Shown here: positions 21,690 to 31,712 of the stretch, in pieces
Layout of the letters: each line of letters begins with the position of its first letter
Numbering within the stretch: the first letter of the stretch is position 1
From: Alphaproteobacteria bacterium
GTDB lineage: Bacteria; Pseudomonadota; Alphaproteobacteria; MPNO01; UBA830
Length of the DNA: 64,000 nucleotides
Direction of reading: 5' to 3'
Assembly: GCA_964291215.2 (NCBI GenBank)
Contig: OZ219790.1
Location: 928,001 to 992,000, forward strand
Notes under the pieces: generated by a model
What the model saw: only the letters and a program-made list of their open reading frames with translations
Database searches by the model: none
What the model was told of the DNA's origin: nothing
Position numbers and translations under genes: made by a program

Positions 21690-23225
21690 TCAACTTGTAG
21701 CGGCGGCTTCGGTCATGGCCCGAAGTTGGCGGCGCAGAACCTTGTTGGCGGCATTGCGCGGAAGCTCATCCAGGAACACGTATCCGCGCGGGCGCTTGTA
21801 GTCGGCGAGCGGAGACGCTAGGCACCATGCATCAAGCGCTTCCCGGTCGGCGCCGTCGACCACCACGCACGCGACGACGCGTTCCGTCAGGCGTTCATCG
21901 GATACGCCGATCACGGCCACGTCGCGGACGCCGCCACACTGACGCAACACTGTCTCGATCTCCTCGGGGTGGATATTCTCGCCACCGGACACGATCATGT
22001 CATCGACACGTCCGCGCAACTCTAGATCTCCGTCCCCGAGCCGGACGGCGATGTCGCCAGTACGGTACCAGCCATCGACCACCTTCTCCGCGGTTGCGTC
22101 CGGCTGTCCCAGATAACCGGAGAACGTCGCGTCTGCCGCAGCGTCGACGAGGACCTCACCCTCCTCGCCGACATCGCACAGGTCGCCTGGTCCCGAGCCA
22201 ATGCGTCCGACGCGGACATCGGAGTAGAAACCCGGCCTGTATTTCGTCGGGCGTCCGGCAGGATCCGACATGTAAAGCGCATTCATTACCTCGGTCGTAC
22301 CGTAGATGTTGGTCATGCGCGCCCCGGGAAAGGCAGAACAGACGCGATCCAGAAGCGGGCCCGGCATCACCGCCCCGGCGTAGACCAGCGTCTCCACCGA
22401 TTGCACCTTGTCCTCCGAAAACCCGGCTGCGGCCAGCAGGGCATGGAAATGCGCTGGTGCGCCGTAAAGGAACGTGATCCGGTCGCGTTCAATACAATCG
22501 ACGGCAGCGGCCGGGTCGAACATCGAATGCACGTAATATGTGCCGTTCATGGTCAATGTGCAGAGGAATGCCGAGTAGAGCCCAACCGCATGGAAAAGCG
22601 GCATGAGCCCGATGGAACGGTTATGGTTGCCATGGCGCAGGCCGCACTGGGTGGAAACATAGAGGATCCGCGCGTCGGTCACGCGATGCGGCAGCATCAC
22701 GCCCTTCGGAAGGCCGGTGGTTCCCGACGTGTAGAGCACGAGCGACAGCGCGTCGGGATCAGGCTGCGACCATGGTGCAAGATCGGCGGGGTTGCCGCGC
22801 CTGGAGGCAAGATCGGCAACCCCCGACACCGTGCCGCCGACGCAAAGCACCCGACCGTTACCGACCGCCTCGCCTGCAGCAGCGGCCATGGCCTCATCGG
22901 CCATGCATATAGCCAGGCGCGCTTTGCCGACTTGCATCAGCGCCCGCGCTTCGTCGGGCTTCAGGCGCGGATTGATCAGGCAGGGTACGGCTCCGAGTCG
23001 GTGCAGGGCAAGGATCACAATGACGTGTTCCCAAATGTTCGGGAGCATGACAGCGGCACGTTCTCCCGGCGAGAGTCCGCCAGCAGCAAGGCCGGCTGCC
23101 ACGACCTCGGCCTCCGCGACGAGTTCGGAAAAGGACGCCGTGCGCGGACCGCGATCGTCGACCATTGCCGTTCGGTCCGGCGTGCGCGCCGCGGCCAGTC
23201 GAACATGATCCCAGACTGCCTGCAT
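21690..23225 (-). CDS. fcbA: 4-chlorobenzoate-CoA ligase-like aryl-CoA ligase
   Basis: ILALHRLGAVP, YTSGTTGLPK, STQCGLRHG, NIYGTTEVMNALY, PGFYSDVR resemble the Alcaligenes CBL sequence as recalled. Confidence 0.75.
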   Translation of the reverse strand: MQAVWDHVRLAAARTPDRTAMVDDRGPRTASFSELVAEAEVVAAGLAAGGLSPGERAAVMLPNIWEHVIVILALHRLGAVPCLINPRLKPDEARALMQVGKARLAICMADEAMAAAAGEAVGNGRVLCVGGTVSGVADLASRRGNPADLAPWSQPDPDALSLVLYTSGTTGLPKGVMLPHRVTDARILYVSTQCGLRHGNHNRSIGLMPLFHAVGLYSAFLCTLTMNGTYYVHSMFDPAAAVDCIERDRITFLYGAPAHFHALLAAAGFSEDKVQSVETLVYAGAVMPGPLLDRVCSAFPGARMTNIYGTTEVMNALYMSDPAGRPTKYRPGFYSDVRVGRIGSGPGDLCDVGEEGEVLVDAAADATFSGYLGQPDATAEKVVDGWYRTGDIAVRLGDGDLELRGRVDDMIVSGGENIHPEEIETVLRQCGGVRDVAVIGVSDERLTERVVACVVVDGADREALDAWCLASPLADYKRPRGYVFLDELPRNAANKVLRRQLRAMTEAAATS

Positions 23226-23581
23226 TGCGGTACTTCCCGTTTCCTTCGCGCAAACCTTATCGACGACAGTATAGCGGGGTGGCACGATGCAGGAATATAG
23301 CTGCCGCGGGCGGCGCGCCCCGGGACCTCCAGACCAACAGCGTCGGCCTGCCCGGAAATCATGCCGAATTTGCCGGACAGCAGCGGGGATGACGGCCAAG
23401 TGACCGAACCCCGTTGCGACCGGGAACCCGCCGGAAACTCTGTCCCGGAACAGGCGAATACGTGAGACGCCCTGCTCCTCGCATCACCCCCCGGCGACAT
23501 ACCGCGATAGCGGCCGGCGTCGGACCCTGATGACAGGGTGGGATTGATCCCATCCGGAAGATTTTCTCTTGTTGTTAAAAT

Positions 23582-23598
23582 ATTTCTAGTCTAGAAAT
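23582..23598. promoter_or_regulatory. Perfect palindrome, candidate operator
   Basis: ATTTCTAG-T-CTAGAAAT in an AT-rich divergent intergenic region, 38 nt before the ATG at 23636. Confidence 0.55.
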
Positions 23599-23635
23599 TT
23601 TGGTTTCAAAATGCCTTGCTGAAGGGTCGGACGCA

Positions 23636-25036
23636 ATGTCTGAAAACCTGGAACTGCTCGACCGCATCGAGGAACACTGTCGACGCAACCGGATTTCGGA
23701 AACGACATTCGGACGCCACGCAGTCAATGACGGCAAGTTTGTTGGCCGCCTCCGTGCAGGAGGGCGCGTGACCACCGCGGTCGTCGCGCAAGTGGAGGAG
23801 TTCATGGAAAAGACAGCGGACGACCGGAATTCGATGCAGACCTACGATCCCCGGATCGGCTCCCCGTCCCCGACGGCGGAGGCAGCAACTTCGGATCCCG
23901 GGAACAGCGAACAGAAGCGACATTTCCGGTTCTATGACAATCGCCAGAAATACCTCCTCTTCGTCAATACCTGCTCGGAAAAGTGGGCAGTGGCGGACCG
24001 CGTCGGCCAGGAGCTGAAACGCCTCCGGGTCCGGCCACCGGCGCTCAGGGTCTTCGACGCCGGCATGGGCGACGGCACCGTGCTCACCCGGGTAATGCGG
24101 AACATGCACCACCTTCATCCGACCGTGCCGTTCTATATCGTCGGCAAGGAAATCAGCCTTGAGGACGTGCGGCTCACGCTTGAGAAATTGCCCGACCGGT
24201 TCAACGAGCATCCGGCAACTGTCGTCGTGATCACCAACATGTTCTACAGCGAGGCAACCGCACTGACGCCGCACGCGCCGGAGGATGCGGCGCGGCTCAA
24301 CTGGCGGGAGGTGGCGCTCGTCGGAGATTCTTCGCATGACTTTGCCGACCAGATTGCCGATCTCGAATCGGAAATTGCTGAGGGCTGGCAGGTACGGACG
24401 AGCGCGAAGTCCGGCAATCCGCTCTATATCCGGCCGTCGGTGCTCATCCTGTATCGCAACGACCACAAGATCCTGCTCGACAGCATCATCCCGCGCCCCG
24501 GCCTGGCGAGCCGCGACTACAACCTGATCATCGCCTCGCAGCCATACCGGGCGCGCGCGTCCCTGGACCTCAAGGTCAGGCGCGTGCTGGCACCGCTGGC
24601 CCGGGCGTTGGCTCCGGGCGGGCGGATGCTGACCATCCATTCCCACGGCAACGATCCAGGGCTTGAGATCATCCGCCACGTCTGGCCGGACGAGGATCCC
24701 TTCCACCACAGCCGCCACACCCTCCTCTCGGCGCTGAAGAAGGGGCTCGGACGTGGCGGCCAAGGGCTGAACTTCGGGCCGGGCGCGGACCGGAGCGCGC
24801 TATTTCGCTACGTCATGCACACGCTGCCAACCGAGATCGGATCCTCGATCGGAACGTCGACGCTGCTGGCAGCCTGGAACGCCGCCGTCTATGTCGCCCA
24901 GATCGAGGATGTGCGCCTTGAACCGGTGATGGCCGACGGAAGGTATCTTGACGCTACCCGCAAGGTCCTCCAAAAACACGGTGGCCTATGGTTTCTCGAC
25001 GAATCCTTCGTCGTCTCAAGGAGAGGCAACGCATGA
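23636..25036 (+). CDS. Conserved hypothetical: N-terminal Cro/HTH-like domain plus class I SAM-methyltransferase-like domain
   Basis: N-terminal ISETTFGRHAVNDGKFVGRLR; VFDAGMGDG SAM-binding motif; overlaps metF start. Confidence 0.7.
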   Translation: MSENLELLDRIEEHCRRNRISETTFGRHAVNDGKFVGRLRAGGRVTTAVVAQVEEFMEKTADDRNSMQTYDPRIGSPSPTAEAATSDPGNSEQKRHFRFYDNRQKYLLFVNTCSEKWAVADRVGQELKRLRVRPPALRVFDAGMGDGTVLTRVMRNMHHLHPTVPFYIVGKEISLEDVRLTLEKLPDRFNEHPATVVVITNMFYSEATALTPHAPEDAARLNWREVALVGDSSHDFADQIADLESEIAEGWQVRTSAKSGNPLYIRPSVLILYRNDHKILLDSIIPRPGLASRDYNLIIASQPYRARASLDLKVRRVLAPLARALAPGGRMLTIHSHGNDPGLEIIRHVWPDEDPFHHSRHTLLSALKKGLGRGGQGLNFGPGADRSALFRYVMHTLPTEIGSSIGTSTLLAAWNAAVYVAQIEDVRLEPVMADGRYLDATRKVLQKHGGLWFLDESFVVSRRGNA

Positions 25037-25935
25037 GCCAACTCATGGAAGCGTTCTCCGCGGGACGCTTCATCATCACTGCGGAGCTATCGCCCCCCGT
25101 CTCGGCGTCCGCCGACGACCTCCGGTCCAGAGCCACCGTGCTGGAAGGCCGTGTCGACGCCGTCAACATCACCGATGGCGCCAGCGCACGCGCCCACATG
25201 TCCAGCGTCGCCGCCGCCGCCCTCCTTCTCCGGCAGGGAACCGAACCCGTGCTGCAAATGACATGCCGCGACCGCAACCGGATCGCGCTCCAGAGCGATC
25301 TTCTCGGTGCCGCCGCGCTCGGCATCGAGAACGTCCTGATCCTGCGTGGCGACGACCCGTCGGCAGGCGACCAGCCGAATGCCAAGCCGGTCTTCGACCT
25401 CGAAAGCCGCGACCTGATGGAAACCGCGCGCTGCATGCGCGACGAGGGCATGCTGCCGTCCGGCCGCCGCATCGCGTCGCCCCCGGCCCTAGTCATCGGC
25501 GGCGCCGACACTCCGATGGACCCGGACGCCGGACATTGGAAACCAGACAGCCTCCTCGCCAAGCTCGAAGCTGGTGCGCATTTCATCCAGACGCAGTTCT
25601 GCTTCGACGAAGGCATTGTGCGCCGATACGCCGCGGCACTCGTGGACCACGGCATAACCGAGCGCTGTGCGGTCGTGATCGGAATCGGCCCCATTGCGTC
25701 GGCAAGATCGGCCCGCTGGATGCGCGAGAACCTCTGGGGCACGACCATTCCAGACCCGCTGATCGAACGCCTCGAAGCGGCGGACGACGAAAAGGCGGAG
25801 GGAACGCGGATCTGCGCGGAGCTCATCGCCGCCTATTCCCGGATAGAGGGCGTCGCAGGCGTTCACCTGATGGCGCCTCTGGGTATTGACGCCATCCCCG
25901 CCGCAATAGAAGAGTCGGGAGTGAGGAACGGCTGA
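25033..25935 (+). CDS. metF: Methylenetetrahydrofolate reductase
   Basis: TAELSPP, NITD, TCRDRNR, RGD, TQFCFD, GVHLM. Confidence 0.9.
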   Translation: MSQLMEAFSAGRFIITAELSPPVSASADDLRSRATVLEGRVDAVNITDGASARAHMSSVAAAALLLRQGTEPVLQMTCRDRNRIALQSDLLGAAALGIENVLILRGDDPSAGDQPNAKPVFDLESRDLMETARCMRDEGMLPSGRRIASPPALVIGGADTPMDPDAGHWKPDSLLAKLEAGAHFIQTQFCFDEGIVRRYAAALVDHGITERCAVVIGIGPIASARSARWMRENLWGTTIPDPLIERLEAADDEKAEGTRICAELIAAYSRIEGVAGVHLMAPLGIDAIPAAIEESGVRNG

Positions 25936-25955
25936 TCCGGGCCGGGGAGAATGTG

Positions 25956-27083
25956 ATGAGCAACGCGAGACCCTTCTTTCGCGCCGACCAGGTCGGCAGC
26001 CTGCTTCGCCCGCAGCGCCTCCTCGATGCCCGCCAGAAATGGCAGGCAGGCGAGATGGGCCGCGACGAGCTGCGCGAAATCGAGGACGACGCGATCGCAG
26101 AATGCGTACGGCTTCAGGAGAAAATCGGTCTCGAGGCAATTACTGATGGCGAGTTCCGGCGCGAAAACTGGTGGATCGACTTCATCTCGGCGATCGACGG
26201 AATCGAGATTAGCGCCCCGGACACCGAGGCGGGTTTCTTCAGCGACAAGGACAACCAGGGCGGCTATGTTCCCAAGAATGTCCTCACGACCTGCAAGCTC
26301 GGCGGCGGCGGCGCGATCTCGGTCGCCGATTTTGAATTCCTCAAGGCGCAGACGTCGAGAACACCGAAGGTGATGATCCCGTCGCCAAGCCGCATCCATT
26401 TCCATGGCGGCCGCGCTGCCGTCGACGCCGATGTCTATCCATCCATGGATGATTTCTGGAACGACATCGCGGCCGTCTACCAGGCTGAGATCGCTGCCCT
26501 CGAGGCCTGCGGCTGCACCTACATACAGATTGACGACCCGGTACTTACCTATTTTCTCGACGACCGTCTGCGCGGGAACGTCGGCGATATCGGCGAGGAT
26601 CCCGACTTGCTCCTCGGACTCTACGGCGATGTCCTCGGTGCCTGCATTTCCCGGCGTTCCGCCAACACCACGATCGCGATTCATCTCTGCCGCGGCAACG
26701 CGCAGAGCCAGTGGATCGCCGCCGGCAGCTACGACCGCATGGCTGCGGAGCTGTTTCCGCGGCTCGCGGTCGATTCCTGGTTCCTCGAGTATGACGACGA
26801 GCGGTCGGGCGGTTTCGAGCCGCTCCGCCACATTCCGGACGGCACGAAGGTCGTTCTCGGCCTCGTCACCACCAAGACCGGACGCATGGAGGACCGCGAC
26901 GAAATTCGGGCGCGAATTGCCGAAGCCGCAAAAGTGGTTCCGCTCGAGAATCTGGGCCTCAGTCCGCAGTGCGGTTTCGCATCGATCGATATCGGCAACA
27001 AGATTGCCTTCGACGATCAGAACGCCAAGCTCGGGATGATCGTCAAGATTGCCGCCGAGGTGTGGGACGATGCGGCTTCGTGA
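25956..27083 (+). CDS. Cobalamin-independent methionine synthase II family (single-barrel MetE-like)
   Basis: DQVGSLLRP, TDGEFRR, HLCRGN, LEYD, LSPQCGFAS. Confidence 0.9.
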   Translation: MSNARPFFRADQVGSLLRPQRLLDARQKWQAGEMGRDELREIEDDAIAECVRLQEKIGLEAITDGEFRRENWWIDFISAIDGIEISAPDTEAGFFSDKDNQGGYVPKNVLTTCKLGGGGAISVADFEFLKAQTSRTPKVMIPSPSRIHFHGGRAAVDADVYPSMDDFWNDIAAVYQAEIAALEACGCTYIQIDDPVLTYFLDDRLRGNVGDIGEDPDLLLGLYGDVLGACISRRSANTTIAIHLCRGNAQSQWIAAGSYDRMAAELFPRLAVDSWFLEYDDERSGGFEPLRHIPDGTKVVLGLVTTKTGRMEDRDEIRARIAEAAKVVPLENLGLSPQCGFASIDIGNKIAFDDQNAKLGMIVKIAAEVWDDAAS

Positions 27084-27096
27084 CGGAATCCAGAAA

Positions 27097-28683
27097 ATGA
27101 CCACATCAATCACCGCCGCGGCACTCAAGGGCATGCTGCATGACGGCACCGAACTTGCCCTACTCGACGTGCGCGAGGACGGCCAGTTCGGCATCGATCA
27201 CATGCTGCACGCCGTGCCCTGCCCTTACAGCACGCTCGAGGCCCGGGTCCGCGAACTGGTTCCGCGCAAGAACGTTCGCACCGTTCTGGTTGACGAGGGC
27301 GACGGCGTGGCTTGGAAGGCAGCGGCAAGACTCGCCGGTCTGGGATACACCGACATCGCCGTCCTTGCCGGTGGTAACCGGTCATGGTGCGAGGCCGGAT
27401 ACGAGAGCTTCGAAGGCGTCAACGTGCCGTCAAAGGCGTTCGGCGAGATCGTCGAGCAGGTCGAGGGAACCCCGCACATCAACGCGGACGAACTGCACGG
27501 GATGATCGATCGCGGCGAAAACCTGGTCATTCTCGACGGACGGACGCCGGCGGAACACAACCGGATGTCGATTCCGGGCGGAATCTCGGTGCCAAATGCC
27601 GAGATGGTCCTCCGGGTCCACGATCTCGCTCCGGACCCCGACACCACGATTGTGGTCAACTGCGCCGGGCGGACGCGATCGATCATCGGCGCCCAGGGTC
27701 TGATCAACGCCGGAATCCCCAACCGGGTGGTCGCGCTCAGGGCCGGCACGATGGGCTGGACTCTGGCCGGCCACGCGCTGGAACATGACAGCAGCCGGCG
27801 CTATCCCGGTTCGGTGAGCAGTGCGGCGCGCGTGGCGGCGTCAGGCTACGGCGGAAAACTGCTCCGCGAATGCGGCATATCGGCGATCGACACCGATACT
27901 CTCGAACGATGGCGGGCCGACGAAGACCGCACCCTGTTCTTTTTTGACGTGCGTGCGGAGGACGAGTTCCTTGCCGGGCACCCTCCGGGGGCCACTCATG
28001 CCCCGGGCGGACAGCTCGTCCAGGCAACCGACCGGTGGTGCGGCGTATGGGGCGCACGAATCGTGCTGTTCGACACGCCGCCAGGCGCGCGCGGAGCCAT
28101 CACCGCGTACTGGCTCAGGCAGATGGGTTGGGACGTCTACGTGCTCATCGGGGAACCGGACAGCGCGCCCGGACAAACCCTTGACGGACCGGTTCCGGAG
28201 CCGCCCGTGATCGACACGATCACGACCGGCGAACTCGCGGACGCCATCGCGGCGAACAACGCCGTCGTCATTGATGTCGGCCATTCGATGGATCACCGCG
28301 CCGGTCACCTGCCGACCGCGGCATGGGCGATCAGGCCCCGCTTCGAGCGTGTCGCGATCCCACCGGACTGGCCGGTCGTCGTCTATTCGGAGCACGAGAC
28401 CCGCGCCAGGCTGGTGGCGCACGATCTGGTCGAGTCCGGAATCGGCAGCGTCGCGGTCCTCTCGGGTGGCCGGAGCGCATGGGTGGCGGAAGACCGGCCG
28501 CTCAAGGCATCGCCGGACGTGCCAACTGACGAGGAGGCGATCGATTTCCTGTTCTGGGTGTCGAGCCGCCACCAGGGCGACGATGCGGCAGCGCTGGCCT
28601 ACCTCGCCTGGGAAGAAAATCTTCCCGCTCAGATTGCCGCCGACGGCGACGCGCGATTTGTCATAGCGCCGCCATCGCCCTGA
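27097..28683 (+). CDS. Four-domain rhodanese-like sulfurtransferase
   Basis: LDVRE, GVNVPSKAFGE, VNCAGRTRSIIG, GGQLVQATD, YLAWE. Confidence 0.88.
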   Translation: MTTSITAAALKGMLHDGTELALLDVREDGQFGIDHMLHAVPCPYSTLEARVRELVPRKNVRTVLVDEGDGVAWKAAARLAGLGYTDIAVLAGGNRSWCEAGYESFEGVNVPSKAFGEIVEQVEGTPHINADELHGMIDRGENLVILDGRTPAEHNRMSIPGGISVPNAEMVLRVHDLAPDPDTTIVVNCAGRTRSIIGAQGLINAGIPNRVVALRAGTMGWTLAGHALEHDSSRRYPGSVSSAARVAASGYGGKLLRECGISAIDTDTLERWRADEDRTLFFFDVRAEDEFLAGHPPGATHAPGGQLVQATDRWCGVWGARIVLFDTPPGARGAITAYWLRQMGWDVYVLIGEPDSAPGQTLDGPVPEPPVIDTITTGELADAIAANNAVVIDVGHSMDHRAGHLPTAAWAIRPRFERVAIPPDWPVVVYSEHETRARLVAHDLVESGIGSVAVLSGGRSAWVAEDRPLKASPDVPTDEEAIDFLFWVSSRHQGDDAAALAYLAWEENLPAQIAADGDARFVIAPPSP

Positions 28684-28860
28684 TCCCGAATCTCGGGCGC
28701 GGCCGACCGCAACAAACCCACCTGCCCTTTCTCGCGCCGGTCTCCCGAATACAGAAGATGCGCAGCCGGACCGGCCGGGGCAGATTCTGGTCAGGGTGTT
28801 TTCCTGTCCGGACAACTCGGGCACTATGGCGACCTGCCGTGACTTCGGGGGAAGTGGCCG

Positions 28861-30069
28861 ATGGCGATACCGCTCAGCCTTCACGAAACGACATCCGAGG
28901 ATTTCGTCGTAAGCGCAGCAGCCCTGCGGCCGCTGATCGCGGACAAGTCCGCCGCCGCGGAAGATGCGCGGCAGGTTCCCGAGGAGGTAATCGACGAAGT
29001 CAGGAAGGGCGGCTTCTTCCGACTGCTGCAGCCGAAGCGCTTCGGCGGGCTCGAACGCGATTCCGCCACCGTGATGCGCTGCGTGATCGAATGGGCATCC
29101 GCCGACGCATCAATCGGGTGGGTCTGTGCCCTTGGCGTCGTGCACCAGTGGCTGGTTGCCCAGTTCCCGATACGTTGCCAGGAGGATGTCTGGGGCGGTG
29201 ACCCTGACGCCATCGTCTGCGGATCCTATGCGCCGGCGGGCGAATGCCGCTCTGCCGACGGCGGCTATCGGGTGTCGGGGAAGTTCCGATTCGCCAGCGG
29301 CGTCGACGTCATGGACTGGGCGGTCATCGCCCTTTTCTTTCCGCCCGACGAAAAGGACGGGAGCCCGATGCCGGGTTTCGCGATGGTTCCGAAGGCTGAT
29401 TTCTCGATCGAGGACGACTGGCACGTGATGGGTCTGGCCGGCACCGGATCGAAGACCATAGTCTGCGACGACATGTTGGTTCCGCGGCATCGCCGGGTCA
29501 CGTTCGCCGAGCTCGCCTCCGGCAATTCGCCGGGCTATCAGGCCCTCGGGAGCAACCTATACCGCTATCCGTTGCTGTCGATCATCGCCTACGGTATCGC
29601 CACTCCGGCGCTGGGCTGCCTCAACGGTGCGCTAGACACCTTCCTCGACGAGATAGGCACTCGCGTCACGCGGGGGGCCGTGGTTCTGGGAGGCAAGAAT
29701 GTCCGCGATTTCCAGGCCGTGCAGATGCGGGTCGGAAGAGCAGCCGCCAACCTCAAGGCGGCCCGGGCAATGCTCTTCGAGCAGCTCGAACTGTCGCGCG
29801 CAAAGATCATCGACCAGGGCGAGACCCTTTCGGTCCGCGACCGCCTGGAGAACCGGATCACGCAGGCAAAGCTCGTCGAACTTTCGGTTGAAGGGCTCGA
29901 TGAGCTGTTCGGCGCCGTTGGCGGACAGGGAATTCACCTGTCCCGGCACATCCAGCGCGCCTGGCGCGACGCCCACGCTGTCGCCCATCATGTGAGCTTC
30001 AACTGGGATGCACTCAGCGCCATGTACGGGCAAAGCCTGCTCGGCCTAGAACCCGAAGGCCAGTACTAA
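28861..30069 (+). CDS. Flavin-dependent monooxygenase (acyl-CoA dehydrogenase fold, HsaA/C2-like)
   Basis: LLQPKRFGG, FASG, WHVMGLAGTGS, QRAWRDAH. Confidence 0.85.
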   Translation: MAIPLSLHETTSEDFVVSAAALRPLIADKSAAAEDARQVPEEVIDEVRKGGFFRLLQPKRFGGLERDSATVMRCVIEWASADASIGWVCALGVVHQWLVAQFPIRCQEDVWGGDPDAIVCGSYAPAGECRSADGGYRVSGKFRFASGVDVMDWAVIALFFPPDEKDGSPMPGFAMVPKADFSIEDDWHVMGLAGTGSKTIVCDDMLVPRHRRVTFAELASGNSPGYQALGSNLYRYPLLSIIAYGIATPALGCLNGALDTFLDEIGTRVTRGAVVLGGKNVRDFQAVQMRVGRAAANLKAARAMLFEQLELSRAKIIDQGETLSVRDRLENRITQAKLVELSVEGLDELFGAVGGQGIHLSRHIQRAWRDAHAVAHHVSFNWDALSAMYGQSLLGLEPEGQY

Positions 30070-30139
30070 ACCGTATGCCAAGGACAGCCAGCGAGCTCCG
30101 CGTCTGGAGACCCTGTCCCGGCGTTCGGCGATTGGCATC

Positions 30140-30274
30140 ATGAATTCTGCCGAACTCGCCCCTGAAGCAGGCGTGCCCGGCGGTAGCCATTGGCTTCGAC
30201 GGCGAAAGTCAGTTCCCTGAGCAGGTGGGACCCGGGCGCGGGCAAGACCATCATGGCAGGGCTGCTGATCAAGG
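30140..30274 (+). pseudogene. Remnant of SNF2-family helicase
   Basis: 30229-30273 encodes DPGAGKTIMAGLLIK, cut by an IS end at 30275. Confidence 0.6.
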
Positions 30275-30405
30275 GTAAGCGTTCGTTCGTACGGTGATGT
30301 GTTGTTTTTTCCGTCCGTTTGACGGGCTTTTGTCAGGGAGTTCCAGCGTCACCCGAAGCGGTTTCGTGCACCGGGATGCGCGGTGAGGTGGGCGGGCACT
30401 GGCGG
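30275..30405 (-). repeat. Terminal fragment of the DUF4338 element (copy 1 of 3)
   Basis: Begins GTAAGCGTTCGTTCG; reverse complement matches 36318-36474 and 41434-41586. Confidence 0.85.
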
Positions 30406-30678
30406 CGAAATCGGGCTATGCGCACAGGACCGTGTAGACAGGATCACGCGAGTATGCGCAGAAAACCGCAAATGCCGCAAACGCGCGCCTCGATTGCATG
30501 ACCTTCTCAGGCGGATATGTCCTTCGGGGACGGGCTGAGTTGCCATCGGACACCGCCGACCAATCTCTTGCCGGCGGCATCCTCCTATCGCAAGGCAATT
30601 TCCGAAATGGTGCCGCCCGTTACTCCCCTTTTCCACGGCATCGATCGACATGCAGGTCCAAGTCGCAAACCGCGACAG

Positions 30679-31656
30679 CTAACCGCCAACCTTGAGTCCA
30701 AGTTCCCGAATCGCCTTCAGGGCTCCCGGATGATACGGCGCCACCTCCGGCAGTGCAAAGGCTGCTGGCTTGAGGCGGTTGAAGGCGCCCATGGATTTGG
30801 CGAGGTGGGCCTTGTTGATGGCAAGAGCCTTGGTAATCTTGTAGACGGTCTCGGGATCCGCATCCTTGTGCGTGAACAGCACATAGTCGATCTCGACAAT
30901 GTTGGTCGGCTTCTTGATACCCGGCATCTTGGTGTTCGATTCGCGGACGATTCTGGCGGCCGGCATGTACTTGCGGAACCGTTCAAAGGCCTCGGGTGAC
31001 GCATCCATATCGAGATAAACGAAGCCGCCGCGGCCGCGCAGCTGGGTATTGACCTTGCGGCCAGCGCCAGAGCCAAGACTGATCCAGCTGATATCGGTCT
31101 TGCCCTCGCCGAGCGCAAGCATGCCCTTTGCAAAGCCGGACACAGGAACCTTCTTGAAGTCGGCATAGGACAGCTTCCCGTTGGCGAGCGCGCCCTTGAT
31201 GAATATCTCGATGATGCTCAGCGAGGTATATTCCGAGGTAATGCGCTTGCCGCGAAGCTTGCTGAGATCGTAAATGGACTCGGCGTCAAAATCGGCCACC
31301 GTTACGATACCGGTGCGCAACGGAAACATCAGTCCGATCATGCGCAGATTGGGTTGCGGACGTCCGTCGAAGGTCGCGATCCCGTTATAGGCATAATAGG
31401 TCTCCAAGCCGTTGGAGAACCCGAAATCGACCTCGCCGCGATTGATGATCGGGATATAGGTGGTCGACCCGCCCATCGGTTGCGGCCGGCCGGTTATCCC
31501 CGGAGCCTTCGCCGAAACTGTCTTGGCTACCGCAATCCCGGTACGGTAGCCGAGACTGCCCTGAGGGTTGGTAGCGAATACCGCAACTTGCGCTACGGCT
31601 GCACCGGCACAGGCAACGGTTGCAGCGAGCGCAACTGCGAACAACGAAACTCTCAT
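30679..31656 (-). CDS. TAXI-family TRAP solute receptor
   Basis: Signal peptide, ATNPQGS, GGS, PYHPGA. Confidence 0.88.
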   Translation of the reverse strand: MRVSLFAVALAATVACAGAAVAQVAVFATNPQGSLGYRTGIAVAKTVSAKAPGITGRPQPMGGSTTYIPIINRGEVDFGFSNGLETYYAYNGIATFDGRPQPNLRMIGLMFPLRTGIVTVADFDAESIYDLSKLRGKRITSEYTSLSIIEIFIKGALANGKLSYADFKKVPVSGFAKGMLALGEGKTDISWISLGSGAGRKVNTQLRGRGGFVYLDMDASPEAFERFRKYMPAARIVRESNTKMPGIKKPTNIVEIDYVLFTHKDADPETVYKITKALAINKAHLAKSMGAFNRLKPAAFALPEVAPYHPGALKAIRELGLKVGG

Positions 31657-31712
31657 GACACCCTCCTCGATCGCGGGATCTTCCCTGAGCCTACGCATGG
31701 CTGGATTGGTGG

